From positions 5,464 through 39,287 of the forward strand of contig CAZXRO010000002.1 in NCBI GenBank assembly GCA_964642435.1: a stretch of DNA of 33,824 nt. The letters are read 5' to 3'. The stretch comes from an uncultured Ignavibacteriales bacterium. GTDB taxonomy: Bacteria; Zixibacteria; MSB-5A5; GN15; FEB-12. Shown here one piece after another: positions 8,075 through 18,400 of this stretch (position 1 is the first letter of the stretch; each line of letters begins with the position of its first letter). The notes below the pieces were generated by a model. The model worked only from the letters and a program-made list of their open reading frames with translations. It did not search any database and was not told where the DNA came from. Position numbers and translations under genes: made by a program.

Positions 8075-10951
8075 TCAGTCTTTCTTTAAGAGATCCTGAA
8101 GCAGATTGCCGGCTGCGCCCTGGCCGAGCGATTCGAGATCGACGCCAAACGAGGGATTGTCGACGGTACCGGTGATGAACACGGGTAGTTTGAGACGTTC
8201 CGTAGATCCGCCGGACAGGATATCAGCCAGATTGCCGAGCACACCGCCTTTGGGGAGTATGTCCTTCAACGACTCGCCGACCTTGTCCGACCAGTTGCGG
8301 GAGAGAAGGATATTGCCCTGGTAGTCAAGGCTGCCGTCGAATCCATAGTGTCCATCGAGCAGCAGGTCGCCGACATCGCCCAGACTTGTCTTAAGGCGAT
8401 CAGCTCTGACCTTGCCGTTCTCGACTTTGATATCTGTGGTAAGGTCTTTGAAGTGCTGAGTTCGGTTAAGGCTCCCGCCGACTCTCCTGGCGATGTTGTT
8501 CATCGCCTCATACGTCTTATCGGAGGCCTCGAGCTGCCCATCGCGGAGGTTGAGGTCGGCGTTGAGTTCGAGCGTTTCCTTGAGTTGTTGCTTGTCCGTA
8601 CCGGTTGCTTGATAGTTACCCGCGAAATCCATGCGCCCGGTGAATTGGTCTGTCAATGGTGTGAACTGCTCCACGAACTCACGCGCCTGAATCTGAGTGG
8701 CCTGGAAGCGACCAGTGTAAGCAGGTATGGTCGGGTCGGTTAGGTCGATAGTGGTTGTCCCTGTGATGTCTCCCTCGTAGACGACGGCAGCGGCGTCGTA
8801 CACTTCGATCTTGCGATCTTGAATGCGGACGTTGGCAGCTATACTCGTGAAGTTGATTTCCGAATACACGAGTGTGTCAACAGCGATGGTGCCGCGGCCG
8901 TTGATATCCGGCAGGATTACCGGTGATACAGGGGGAGGTGGTTTAGGCGACAGCGGCTGCTGCTCAGCAACCGTGGCGGTATCGGCTGGTGGTGCGGTCT
9001 CGGCACCCGGGACGGCTTCAGGGAAGAGCTTGTCGGTGTTCAGACGATGTGAAGTCAACTGAAAATCGAGTGTTGGCTTGCGATACGGGTTGTACTCGAT
9101 ACCCTCAAAGGGAAGCAGATTGGGGAACGGTTTGACCAGTTTGCCGGTGAGCGATAGATCGCTCGACGGGAATTTGACATCAAGCTGGTTGATGGTGATG
9201 GTATCGCGAGTGACAATCAGGTCGGCATCGAACCGCTCAATCGGCTCCGGCAAGAGGTCATCGGTGTATGTAGCCCCTCTAATCACGATGGTGCCGGAGG
9301 GTTCAAGCGTTGACAGATCGGTCACGTCACCGCTGACGGCCATATCCCAGGTTGCATCTCCGGTCAGCTCAGGGTGAGAATCGCTGGCCAGATACTGATT
9401 GCCGAGGGACAGAGCGGCCTGGCCAGTCGTCTCAATATCGATTGCGGGAGCCACGCGAGCAGCCGCAGCAGAATCCAGAAGAAGATATGGAATCATGTTC
9501 CGGATCCGTCCGGTGCCTTCAATCCGGGCATTGGCGCTATGGGCCATAAAACGGTTGATTCGAGTGGTGCTATTATCGAAGAACAGATCAAGTTCAAGAG
9601 AGTCGACTGGTTCGGGCAGCAATGGCGAGGCGAATCGCCCCCTGGAGACGGTTGCCTGTCCGGAGAGATTGAGCTTTTCATAGTCGGCCAGTTTGCCGGC
9701 GAATTGCAGGTGAAAGTCCAACTGGCCGGACAATTCCCGAGCCGTGCTTTCCTTGAGGAAGGGCTGGACAAGGGCGAGATCGAATTTGCCGGCCACATCG
9801 CCGGTGAGCCTGGGATCCTCGAAATCATCCACCGCGACCTGACCGCGAAGTGGCTTGCCATCGAAGGTCGCCTCCCTAAGACTGAGTCGGAGAGTGTTCG
9901 TTTCGAAGTCGATCAGGGCGTTACCGATTTGCAGCTCGCCGGGAACATCGGAACGGCTCAGGGTGGCATCGGACAACTCGATACTTCCGGCGTACTGCAG
10001 CGTATCGGAAGTGCTATCGTCGTATACGATGTCGGCATCGAGCGCGAACTCCCCGGAGGCGCGGAACTCACCGGCCGCCTGAAGCCGTTCGGGCGGCACC
10101 AGATTGAGCAGGTCCTCGGCCTTGATCTGGTTCGACTGGACATTGAAGCTGGCCTTCATGGCCCCGCCTCCGAATTCGGCGGATCCGTGAGTGGAAAACG
10201 TGAGACCATTGAGTGTGAATTCACTTTGCTGGAGTGTCAGGCGCTTGCTGATCAGGTCGAACTCCGCCTGATGGCGAGTAGCGACAGTAAGACGAGGCAG
10301 GGTGTCGTTGTCCATGACGACCAGCAGCGTTTCGACAAGTGCTTGTCCCTGTGAGCGGTAAATGCTGTCGGAAGGAATGGACAAGGATGTTGCCAGGCTC
10401 AGGTTGCTCATATCGATGAGCACCTTGGATGAGTCGTTCTGGTAGCGGATACTCCCGTTGTTCAGTTCGAGGCGATCGAAACTGACCGTGGCGGCTGCCG
10501 CCTGGGCCTCCGGCTTGATCTTACCGCGCATCTGCGGCGGGACTTTTCTCTCGGCCGCAGCAAACGTGAAGTTGTTCTCTCCACTGGGGCGTTTGACCAT
10601 CTCGGCCCTGAGTTCGCTGACAATGAGACGATCAATATTGACTTCGCCGGTCAAGAGCGGCAGGAGGTTGAGCTTGACATCAATCTCCGCCATACGTGCC
10701 ATAGGCTCTTCACCAAAACCGGAGGCATTGGCAATAGTGACGTTCTGCAGTTCAACGCCCAGCCCACCCCAGAAGGAGACATCGACTGACTCAATTCCGA
10801 TATCGCGGCCAAGCGCCGCACTGCCCTTTTCAATGGCCAGTTGCCTGGCCTTTTCAACCGGAAAGAACAGTTTAACGAGGACAATGGCTATCAGCAAGAG
10901 GGCCAGAATGATCCCGGCAGCCCAGATCGAGACTCTATATAGTTTCTTCAT
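8075..10951 (-). CDS. AsmA family protein (AsmA-like envelope-spanning protein)
   Basis: The N-terminal anchor and AsmA-type start are MKKLYRVSIWAAGIILALLLIAIVLVKLF...GRDIGIESVDVSFWGGLGVELQNVTIAN. A long beta-rich repetitive body follows. The C-terminal RLKLPVFITGTVDNPSFGVD resembles the AsmA C-terminal motif. The ATG at 10951 has a GGAGA SD about 10 nt upstream; the longest ORF starts at a TTG at 10981. Confidence 0.8.
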   Translation of the reverse strand: MKKLYRVSIWAAGIILALLLIAIVLVKLFFPVEKARQLAIEKGSAALGRDIGIESVDVSFWGGLGVELQNVTIANASGFGEEPMARMAEIDVKLNLLPLLTGEVNIDRLIVSELRAEMVKRPSGENNFTFAAAERKVPPQMRGKIKPEAQAAAATVSFDRLELNNGSIRYQNDSSKVLIDMSNLSLATSLSIPSDSIYRSQGQALVETLLVVMDNDTLPRLTVATRHQAEFDLISKRLTLQQSEFTLNGLTFSTHGSAEFGGGAMKASFNVQSNQIKAEDLLNLVPPERLQAAGEFRASGEFALDADIVYDDSTSDTLQYAGSIELSDATLSRSDVPGELQIGNALIDFETNTLRLSLREATFDGKPLRGQVAVDDFEDPRLTGDVAGKFDLALVQPFLKESTARELSGQLDFHLQFAGKLADYEKLNLSGQATVSRGRFASPLLPEPVDSLELDLFFDNSTTRINRFMAHSANARIEGTGRIRNMIPYLLLDSAAAARVAPAIDIETTGQAALSLGNQYLASDSHPELTGDATWDMAVSGDVTDLSTLEPSGTIVIRGATYTDDLLPEPIERFDADLIVTRDTITINQLDVKFPSSDLSLTGKLVKPFPNLLPFEGIEYNPYRKPTLDFQLTSHRLNTDKLFPEAVPGAETAPPADTATVAEQQPLSPKPPPPVSPVILPDINGRGTIAVDTLVYSEINFTSIAANVRIQDRKIEVYDAAAVVYEGDITGTTTIDLTDPTIPAYTGRFQATQIQAREFVEQFTPLTDQFTGRMDFAGNYQATGTDKQQLKETLELNADLNLRDGQLEASDKTYEAMNNIARRVGGSLNRTQHFKDLTTDIKVENGKVRADRLKTSLGDVGDLLLDGHYGFDGSLDYQGNILLSRNWSDKVGESLKDILPKGGVLGNLADILSGGSTERLKLPVFITGTVDNPSFGVDLESLGQGAAGNLLQDLLKKD

Positions 10952-11057
10952 ATATGTTAATTCTCCACACGGCAAAAACAATCGTCGAACGCGCGAAATC
11001 GCTCATCAATTCACGAAACGGAAATCAGAGCATTGGCGCAAGGAAAATGGCGAGCTA

Positions 11058-12203
11058 CTAAGAGTCGTGAGGTTGGTTGGGATTATGGACACTGTCAATG
11101 ACACCGCCACCGAGCAGGACATCGTCGTCATAGAAGACAGCCGACTGGCCGGGTGTGATGGCTCGTTGTGGCGTCAGGAAACGCACGTTGACTGAGCGGT
11201 AGTCAATTGGTGTGATCACTGCCTCGGTGGGTTCGTGGAGATAGCGGATCTTGACCAGCGCACGTATGGGTTGCTCAGGCATATCGATAGCCATCCAGTT
11301 GACATCGACAGCATCGAAATCGCAAGTGTACAAGTCGGCATCGTCACCGACAATGACCCGGTTGGTATCGGGATCGATCTTCTTTACATAGAGCGGCGTG
11401 GGGTGAGCAATACCCAGTCCTCGTCGCTGGCCAAGCGTGAAGAACGCGGTACCGTTGTGAGTGCCCAGCACGCGTCCGTCACTGTGGACGATCTCGCCGG
11501 TTTCGAAACGACGTTCTCGCTTGGCCTCCCACTCGGTCAGGAAACGGCGGTAATCGTTATCGGCGACAAAGCAGATCTCTCGTGACTCGGCCCTTGTGGC
11601 AGTGCGCAGATTGTGTCGGGCCGCCAGATCGCGGACCTCGGTCTTTATCAGACCACCGAGGGGCATAAGGGTAGCGGCCAGAGCCTGCTGGGAGAGTCCC
11701 CACAAGACATAAGACTGATCCCGCGAGGCATCGACCCCCCTGCGAATGGTCCATCGGCCATTGGTATGTTTCTCGACGAAGGAATAATGGCCCGTAGCCA
11801 GGTAGTCGCAGTCGAGCTGGCGGGCCTTGTCCAGGAAGGCTGACCACTTGACGTCCTTATTGCAGCGCACGCAGGGGTTGGGCGTACGGCCAGCGCGGTA
11901 CTCGGAGACGAAGTCATTGATGACCGTTTCTCGAAAATGGGCCGAGAGGTTCATGACATAGAACGGAGCATCGATAGCATCGCAGACCATGCGGCAGTCG
12001 GTGATGGAGTCCAGTGTGCAGCAGCGACCATCCTTGTAGATATCGCCGCCGACATCGACATAGTCCCACAGCTTCATATGGGCACCGATGACCTGGTACC
12101 CTTGCTCCTTGAGCAAAAGGGCGGCAACGGATGAATCGACGCCGCCTGACATGGCGACCAGAACCCGACCTGGCATAACAGAACTATTCCCTACTCTACC
12201 CAT
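11058..12203 (-). CDS. mnmA: tRNA-specific 2-thiouridylase MnmA
   Basis: PP-loop VLVAMSGGVDSSVAALLL, plus CCTLDSITDCRMVC and GRTPNPCVRCNKDVKW with the catalytic Cys residues. Length and C-terminal barrel region are typical. An alternative start is the ATG at 12176 (MPGRVLVAMSGG). Confidence 0.95.
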   Translation of the reverse strand: MGRVGNSSVMPGRVLVAMSGGVDSSVAALLLKEQGYQVIGAHMKLWDYVDVGGDIYKDGRCCTLDSITDCRMVCDAIDAPFYVMNLSAHFRETVINDFVSEYRAGRTPNPCVRCNKDVKWSAFLDKARQLDCDYLATGHYSFVEKHTNGRWTIRRGVDASRDQSYVLWGLSQQALAATLMPLGGLIKTEVRDLAARHNLRTATRAESREICFVADNDYRRFLTEWEAKRERRFETGEIVHSDGRVLGTHNGTAFFTLGQRRGLGIAHPTPLYVKKIDPDTNRVIVGDDADLYTCDFDAVDVNWMAIDMPEQPIRALVKIRYLHEPTEAVITPIDYRSVNVRFLTPQRAITPGQSAVFYDDDVLLGGGVIDSVHNPNQPHDS

Positions 12204-12229
12204 TCAGTGCATTCATCCGTCCAGACGTA

Positions 12230-12249
12230 CTGCCGTGGCACTCCGGCAG
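12230..12249 (-). other. 6-bp stem / 8-nt loop hairpin directly after the cysteine desulfurase stop codon, between it and mnmA
   Basis: CTGCCG-TGGCACTC-CGGCAG read directly from the sequence. There is no U-run after it on the minus strand, so it is not a classical intrinsic terminator. It could be an mRNA stability or processing element, or chance. Confidence 0.3.
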
Positions 12250-13413
12250 CTAACGATTGTATGTTGGTGACATGGATCGCAGCCGTTCCACGATAGCCGG
12301 CAGCCTGTTGAGCACGTGATCGACTTGCTCACGAGTGGTGGAACGTCCGAGCGAGAAACGTAGTGCTGATTGAGCGACCGTCCGTTCGATGCCCATAGCA
12401 GAGAGCACGTGTGATGGTTCGGTAGCACCTGCGGTACATGCCGAGCCTGAAGAACAGGCTATGCCCTCCATATCGAGCGACAACAAGAGCGCCTCTCCCT
12501 CGCATCCCGGAAAGGAGACATTAACGGTCTGTGGGATACGGTTGCCCCGGGGTCCGTTGAAGTGTACATCGGGGATTCTCTCGACCATGTTGTCTATGAA
12601 GTAGTCGGCCAACTCGGTGAGCATGCTGTGGTCGGCCTCACGTCGCCGCTCAGCAATTTCGAGGGTACGAGCAAGGCCAACGGCTCCGGCCACGTTTTCG
12701 GTTCCGGGGCGACGTTTCTTCTCGTGGGCTCCACCATAGAACAGTGGCGCGATTTTGACACCCTCACGGATGAACAGGGCTCCGGTTCCCTTGGGGCCAT
12801 AGATCTTGTGGCCGGTCAGGGACAGCAGGTCCACACCGAGCTCGGCGACATCCACTCTGACTTTGCCTATCGATTGGACGGCATCGGTGTGAAACAAGAC
12901 TCCTCGCTCATGGGTCACCTCGGCCAAGGGACGCAGATCCTGGATGGTACCGGTTTCGTTGTTGGCGTGCATTACGGACACCAGGGCGGTCTTTTTCTTA
13001 AGCAGGGTCTTAAGGTGATCGGGATTGGTGAAACCTTCGCGGTCGACCGGCAGCAGGTCGAGGACGTAGTCTTCGTTATGGTGCAGGTACTCGGCCGGCT
13101 CCAGCACGGCATGGTGTTCCGTGGAACCGACGACCAGGTGGTTTCGAGTTGACCGGAAACGTTGGGCCACACCGAATACAGCGATGTTGTCGGATTCGGT
13201 CCCGCCTGAAGTGAAGTACAGTTCGGAAGGCTTGGCACCAATGAAGGCCGCGATCTGTTCGCGGGCATTTTCGAGCGCTACTTTGGCATCGCGGCCGAAC
13301 TGATGAACAGAGCTGGCGTTACCGAATGTCTGACTGAGGTACGGCAACATGGCATCGACGACCTCGGGATCGACTGGCGTGGTGGCATTGTGGTCAAGAT
13401 ATATGTGGTCCAT
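12250..13413 (-). CDS. Cysteine desulfurase (NifS/IscS class V aminotransferase family)
   Basis: MDHIYLDHNATTP start, GNASSVHQFGRDAK, PLP-Lys motif SLTGHKIYGPKGTGALF and active-site Cys loop SSGSACTAG. 387 aa. Confidence 0.95.
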   Translation of the reverse strand: MDHIYLDHNATTPVDPEVVDAMLPYLSQTFGNASSVHQFGRDAKVALENAREQIAAFIGAKPSELYFTSGGTESDNIAVFGVAQRFRSTRNHLVVGSTEHHAVLEPAEYLHHNEDYVLDLLPVDREGFTNPDHLKTLLKKKTALVSVMHANNETGTIQDLRPLAEVTHERGVLFHTDAVQSIGKVRVDVAELGVDLLSLTGHKIYGPKGTGALFIREGVKIAPLFYGGAHEKKRRPGTENVAGAVGLARTLEIAERRREADHSMLTELADYFIDNMVERIPDVHFNGPRGNRIPQTVNVSFPGCEGEALLLSLDMEGIACSSGSACTAGATEPSHVLSAMGIERTVAQSALRFSLGRSTTREQVDHVLNRLPAIVERLRSMSPTYNR

Positions 13414-13566
13414 GTGGAGTCACCCTATTCTTCGTTTTCGCCTGAGTATCTCAGGCCTTTCACTACATTACTATACGCTAACCAGCGTTCTTCTGCTGGA
13501 TATCATTATCTGGGAATGGCACACGGTCATTGCGAGAGGCCGCAATCGCACATGCACGCCCAAGCT

Positions 13567-15495
13567 TCAGAAGGCATACAATATAGTGAAGTGCAGCCGA
13601 TCTTCAATGTCGAAACGAGGTAAATCGAGCCGTCGGGCGTAGTCCAGACGAATCGGTCCGGCTGGGGACATAATCTGCAGGCCGGTGCCGTAGGAGAAGG
13701 CGAGATGGCCGGGAGTGATGTCATCGAGGTCCTCGAAACCATTGCCAACGTCAACGAAGACAGATTGCCACAGCGGAAAGCGGGACAGCAGAGACCCGAG
13801 CAAAGGTAACTTGTTAAACACTTGAATGGTCTTCCAACGGAACTCCTGATTGAGAATAAGCGTATAGTCCGCTCCTCGCGCCTCGCCGGCATCATTAGCC
13901 GGTCCGAGGACGTTCTCACGAAAGCCGCGAATGGTATTCGCACCACCGAGGTACAGGCGCTCATCAGACGGAACGGCATTGGATTCGCCGAATGGGCGGG
14001 CCACACCCATTCGGATGCGGGAGGCTGATATCCACCCGGGCCAGACGACATTGTAGGTAGCCCACTGGCCCTCGACCTTGTAGAAGCTCTCATCTCCGGC
14101 CAGGAAACCACCATTGTACTCTGCATTGAGCCAGGCATGGTGCCCATCACCGGGGACGAAGAGCTGATCTCTGGAGTCGTAACGAACACCGACATAGACC
14201 TTGCGGCGGACGGAAATGGTATCGCGCTCCTTGGTGACAGGGATCAACTCCGGTGGGACATCGCTTATCTCAACCGCCTCGTACCGGAGACCGCCGTTGA
14301 ATTCCCAGTCGTGACCGAGTCGCCTGATCGTTGACAGCGAGACGGCCCAGGAGGAGATTGTATAATCCTGCAAGACCGATTGAATGGGGGGTTCGAATTC
14401 GCCAGTAAGTGTGAGCGGCATCCGGAAGTGCATCAGCCATGGCTCGGTGTAGCGTACGCGGTAGCGATGAGTTATCAGGCGCGCATCGGTTCCTACGCTG
14501 AAGGAGTAGTCGGCCAGCAGTTCAAGACGTCGGGAGCGAACGAAATTGCGTTTACCGAAGCTGGTGGACACATCCCACTGCAGGTCCTGCAGTTCGGACT
14601 GACCGGCACCGACCTTGAAGTTGGCATAGTGAGGCTTGCGTTCGCGAACCGACAGGGAGAAGTCCGGTCGCAGGCGGTTGTCGCTGTCAGGCTGGCGATT
14701 GATCTGGAAGGTGCTGAAGTAGCCTGACTCCCACAGGCGCTCCTGTGATGCCAGAATGTCCCGCCGGCGGTAAATCTCCCCCGGTTTGATCTTCAGTTCG
14801 CGCCGGGCGACCTTGTCGGGGTAGTTGTCCAGTCCGGTGATGGCAACGTTGCCAAAGTGCACCAGACTGTCGGAGTGGACCTGGAATGTCACATCGGTCT
14901 TTGGCGGAACAGCAATCGTGTCGAGGCGATAGGAGATATCGGCATAGGGATAGCCGTGATTGGCCAGGACGGTCTTCATATCGAACATGGCTTGGCGAAT
15001 CTCAAACGGGTTGACTGGTTTGCCCGGTTGGAGACGATTGGCAATGCGCGTCAGGTTGTCGGTGAAGTTCACCGGGTAGTTCCCGGTGATTTCGGTCACA
15101 CGATACTCGAAACGAGTTCCCTCGTGCACAGCGACATGGACCAGCACGTTTGAGTCAGGCGGAATGGGGTGATAAGTGTTCTCGAATTGGACACCAAGGA
15201 AGCCTTGTGAGAGATACAGATACATGATCTCAAGGCTGTCACGTTCGGCTGTTTCGCGCTGGAGTCGGCTGCGACGATCTCCCCGAAGTGCCCTCCAGAA
15301 ATTTCTCGTTCGGGAGTACATGTGTTCCCTGACGGTGCCCTCGGAGAAGTGCTGGTTGCCCTCAATAACGATGGAATCGATGACAGGCTTGTTGCGTATC
15401 CACCGGAGCATATGACGATCGTTGGTCTGCGCTGAGATTGGCTGGGCGGCAGTGACAAGAACGGCGACAGCGAGCAGTGACAACCACGATCGCAT
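13567..15495 (-). CDS. Omp85/BamA-family outer-membrane protein, TamA-like partner of TamB (about three POTRA-sized repeats plus a beta-barrel)
   Basis: Signal peptide MRSWLSLLAVAVLVTAAQPISA|QT with no lipobox Cys. About 270 aa of periplasmic POTRA-like region precede the surface-antigen beta-barrel (GGANTIRGF motif, C-terminal ...HFTILYAF ending in Phe). The start is 2 nt after the tamB stop. Confidence 0.88.
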   Translation of the reverse strand: MRSWLSLLAVAVLVTAAQPISAQTNDRHMLRWIRNKPVIDSIVIEGNQHFSEGTVREHMYSRTRNFWRALRGDRRSRLQRETAERDSLEIMYLYLSQGFLGVQFENTYHPIPPDSNVLVHVAVHEGTRFEYRVTEITGNYPVNFTDNLTRIANRLQPGKPVNPFEIRQAMFDMKTVLANHGYPYADISYRLDTIAVPPKTDVTFQVHSDSLVHFGNVAITGLDNYPDKVARRELKIKPGEIYRRRDILASQERLWESGYFSTFQINRQPDSDNRLRPDFSLSVRERKPHYANFKVGAGQSELQDLQWDVSTSFGKRNFVRSRRLELLADYSFSVGTDARLITHRYRVRYTEPWLMHFRMPLTLTGEFEPPIQSVLQDYTISSWAVSLSTIRRLGHDWEFNGGLRYEAVEISDVPPELIPVTKERDTISVRRKVYVGVRYDSRDQLFVPGDGHHAWLNAEYNGGFLAGDESFYKVEGQWATYNVVWPGWISASRIRMGVARPFGESNAVPSDERLYLGGANTIRGFRENVLGPANDAGEARGADYTLILNQEFRWKTIQVFNKLPLLGSLLSRFPLWQSVFVDVGNGFEDLDDITPGHLAFSYGTGLQIMSPAGPIRLDYARRLDLPRFDIEDRLHFTILYAF

Positions 15496-15497
15496 GA

Positions 15498-18400
15498 TCA
15501 GAACTCCAGGTGAGCTTTGAGGTTGATGTGGTACAGCTCATCTTCATCGCGGCGTCCCTCGAGAATCAGCGACTTGCTGAAGCGGTACTCGAAGCCGACC
15601 TCCTGGCCGGTCTGCCCGGAGATGCCGCTGCGACCATACACGTAGAGATTGGGTGTGGTGTAGAAGCCGAGCGTGATCTTTGCCTTGAGGGGGTCGAGTT
15701 CGCCCTCGGGGGTGGCATCGATCTCAAACGTCTCCACGCCAAGCTGTGATAGTTGCCGGCTCCCGATTCGGGACATCTCGGAGCTGATCAGCCCGGAGAG
15801 ACGCTGGCCGAACTGGCCGGACGTTTCCAGGTTCTCGGAGGTTGAGTAGTTCGCCACAATCAACGGCAACAGGTCCTCACGAGAGAACTCGGAGCCTTCA
15901 CCGGGATTGATCTCAGGTTCCTCGAGTGTCCCGGCCACGTGAACGGGGATTTCGATGCGTTCGGTGACCGGCTCTTCCTCACCGGCGGCCGGCCGCACGC
16001 CAGTGATGTAGGTTGTTGCGTAGATGTCGAGCATGGGGTTAAAGCTGGCCGCTCCCTGGAAGGTGACATAGGATCCGGATTCGATTCGAAAGGTCTTGTC
16101 GAAGAGGAATCCCTTACCACGGATAATCTCCAGCTCGCCGAACAAGCGATAGCGCCCGGCTTCTCGCTGCACAGTGATCTCTCCGGCAAACTCAGCGTCG
16201 ATATCCTCGTTCTTAATCCAGTAGTTTGAGAGGATATCGACCGTGATGTTTAGATTCCAGGAATCCTCGCTGCTTAGTTGTGCCATGACGGGTGACCCTT
16301 GTTCCTCGGTGGCAAACTCTACCCGGTATTCCATGGAGATGAGCGTCAGGTCACCGTAGACAGTTGGCGGCGAACTGCCCTCGACGTGCAGATTGCCAAG
16401 GAAACGTCCCTCTACATCTTCAAGCTCATATCGAAACGGAAACCCTCGCGGGATGGTGATATCGAGATTGTAATCGATGTTATTGAGCGACAGCAGTGTC
16501 AGATCGCCATCGATACGCGCGTAGCTGGGACGTCCTCCCTTGGTACGATCACGCACGTAGACCTGGCCGTCCTCGATGATGATGTGGTTATTTTCCATGT
16601 AGACACCAAACGAATCGGCATAGAACGGGTCGACAAGATCGAAGTACTTCAGTTCGGCGGGGACCCACTGTCCATTCACGCTGTCACCGACGATGTACGC
16701 TTGCCCCTCCAGCTGCGGTTCATCGGGGCGACCGAAGAGCCGGAAATCGGCCTCGAAATGCCCCTGCATCTGCTCCACATCGGGAAGCACACTCATAACG
16801 AGATCGAATCGGTTGTCGCTGGCCTTCATACTTACGCTCATGGATTCGTCGGGGAAACGGCTGACAATATCGGAACTGAAGGCCAGATCGACAGGGAGTT
16901 GGCCGGTGGCCTGGTAATACCCCTCAAGTGATTCGATCATCAGGCTGTCGATCTGCAGGACGCGATCGACGTAATCAAGTTGAGCTGACAGTTCGCCGAG
17001 GTAGATGTCCTTGTAGACCATCGAGTCGATGCCGCCGTTGAGGACGAACTGTGGTGAGTCAAAGGAACCTCTCAGGGAGGCATCGCAAGACAGATCGCCG
17101 GCGAGAACCAGAGAATCGGTAAGCAATGTCATCCACGGCTTGATGGCGACATTGTCGATGGACAGCACCAGGTCCATAGTCTGGTCGAAGCCGACCAGGC
17201 CATTGGCGCTCAACCGAGAGCGCTCATTCCCGAGCGCCCCCTCGCGGATCGCGAAAGCTGTGGAGTCTATGTCCAATACGATTCGAGACTGATTATAGAA
17301 CGAACGATCAAGGAGTTGGATGTCGACCGAGTCAATCCACAGGCGATTGGGTTCGCGTTCCGAATCGAAGATTGCTGTGCCAGAGAGATCGGCATGTTTG
17401 CTGGTGACGCTCAAGCCTGTGATGTAGACCAGATTCGAGTCAGTGTTCATCTTGGCCAGAAGGGAATCGTATTTCAAATCATAGACGGTCCCTCCGCGGG
17501 ACTGCACCGAGACTTTGCCCTTCCGCGCATTGAGAAAGCGATCAATATCGACCGAGGCGGAGAAATCGGAGCTGTACAGGCCGTAGATCCACAGCGAGTC
17601 GGAGACGAGACTGCCTGTGAGGTCGGGATCGGCCGTGCTGCCGCTGAGGGTCGCCCGGGCGGTGGCGTATCCGGCCGGCTCACTGATGAAGAGCTTGTTT
17701 CGATAGCGATCGAGATTGCCAAGGTTGCAGTCCACCTCAAGGTCGATCTCATCGGAGTATTCCAGTAGACCATTGACCAGGAACTCGTTCTCGAACCAAC
17801 TGATACGAAAGGGATCGACAAACATCAAATCCCGGGTAGTAACCAGCAATTCTCCTTCGGCCTCGTGGATGGGGTATTCATCGAAGGTCGACTCATACAG
17901 TCGAGTGTCAATACGCAACTGGAGATCTTCGGTATTGAGGGCGGTTCCGCGCAGATCGATGTATCCGTTGAGGTAAGATGGCATAGCGTGTGGCACCAGT
18001 TGCTGAAGGTCGAATCCACGGATATTCGCCTCGAGACGATACGGCTCCGGCTTCGTGCCAAGATCGAGGAAGCCGTGACCATCGATGGCGCATCGACCGA
18101 GGATGGTGCCATAGAGGGTATCGAATGCGAGCAGACGATCCTCAAGCGTGAACTCCATGAATGTATTCTCGAACGCGAAGATCGAGAAATCGCCGGCGAC
18201 ATGGGCTGAGCCATCCAGGGCACCATCGTGATACATCAGCTCGCCATACAGGTTAAGCCTGCCAGGGATAGGCTTGGTGAAGTGACCGGTGATCTCGGGG
18301 ACATCGACATTGTCGGCATTGAAGTCGACCCGGAATGCCACAGGCTGGTGAAGGTTGCCGTGGCCACTGAGCTTGAGCCTGGTCTGATTGGAGACAATGG

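Noticed and set aside
382-10354. Other long antisense or out-of-frame ORFs in the track. Examples: 382-1026 (+), 2320-2937 (+), 3953-4486 (+), 4487-5023 (+), 9374-10354 (+), 10458-11195 (+), 12562-13152 (+), 13527-14195 (-), 16299-16931 (+), 23094-23633 (-) and 24173-24772 (-).
   Set aside because: Each overlaps a motif-supported gene on the other strand or in another frame. Each shows low-complexity, Arg/Gly/Ser/Pro-rich composition with no family signature.
6650-10951. AsmA-like protein plus the adjacent ABC permease/ATPase as an Mla-like lipid-trafficking ABC system.
   Set aside because: The permease has the His/Glu/Gln/Arg/opine-family EAA loop and the ATPase is GlnQ/HisP-like, not MlaE/MlaF-like. 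No MCE-domain or STAS-domain genes are present. The adjacency is probably incidental.
13414-13566. The 153-bp intergenic region between the Omp85 gene and the cysteine desulfurase gene was checked for a tRNA, small RNA or small ORF. The track lists plus-strand ORFs at 13303-13623 and 13349-13642.
   Set aside because: There is no tRNA-like cloverleaf or T-loop (GTTCGAATC-type) sequence. I found only a short hairpin (CCTGAG-TAT-CTCAGG, 13441-13455) and a weak TATAGT -10-like hexamer. The plus-strand ORFs run into coding sequence on the other strand and look spurious.
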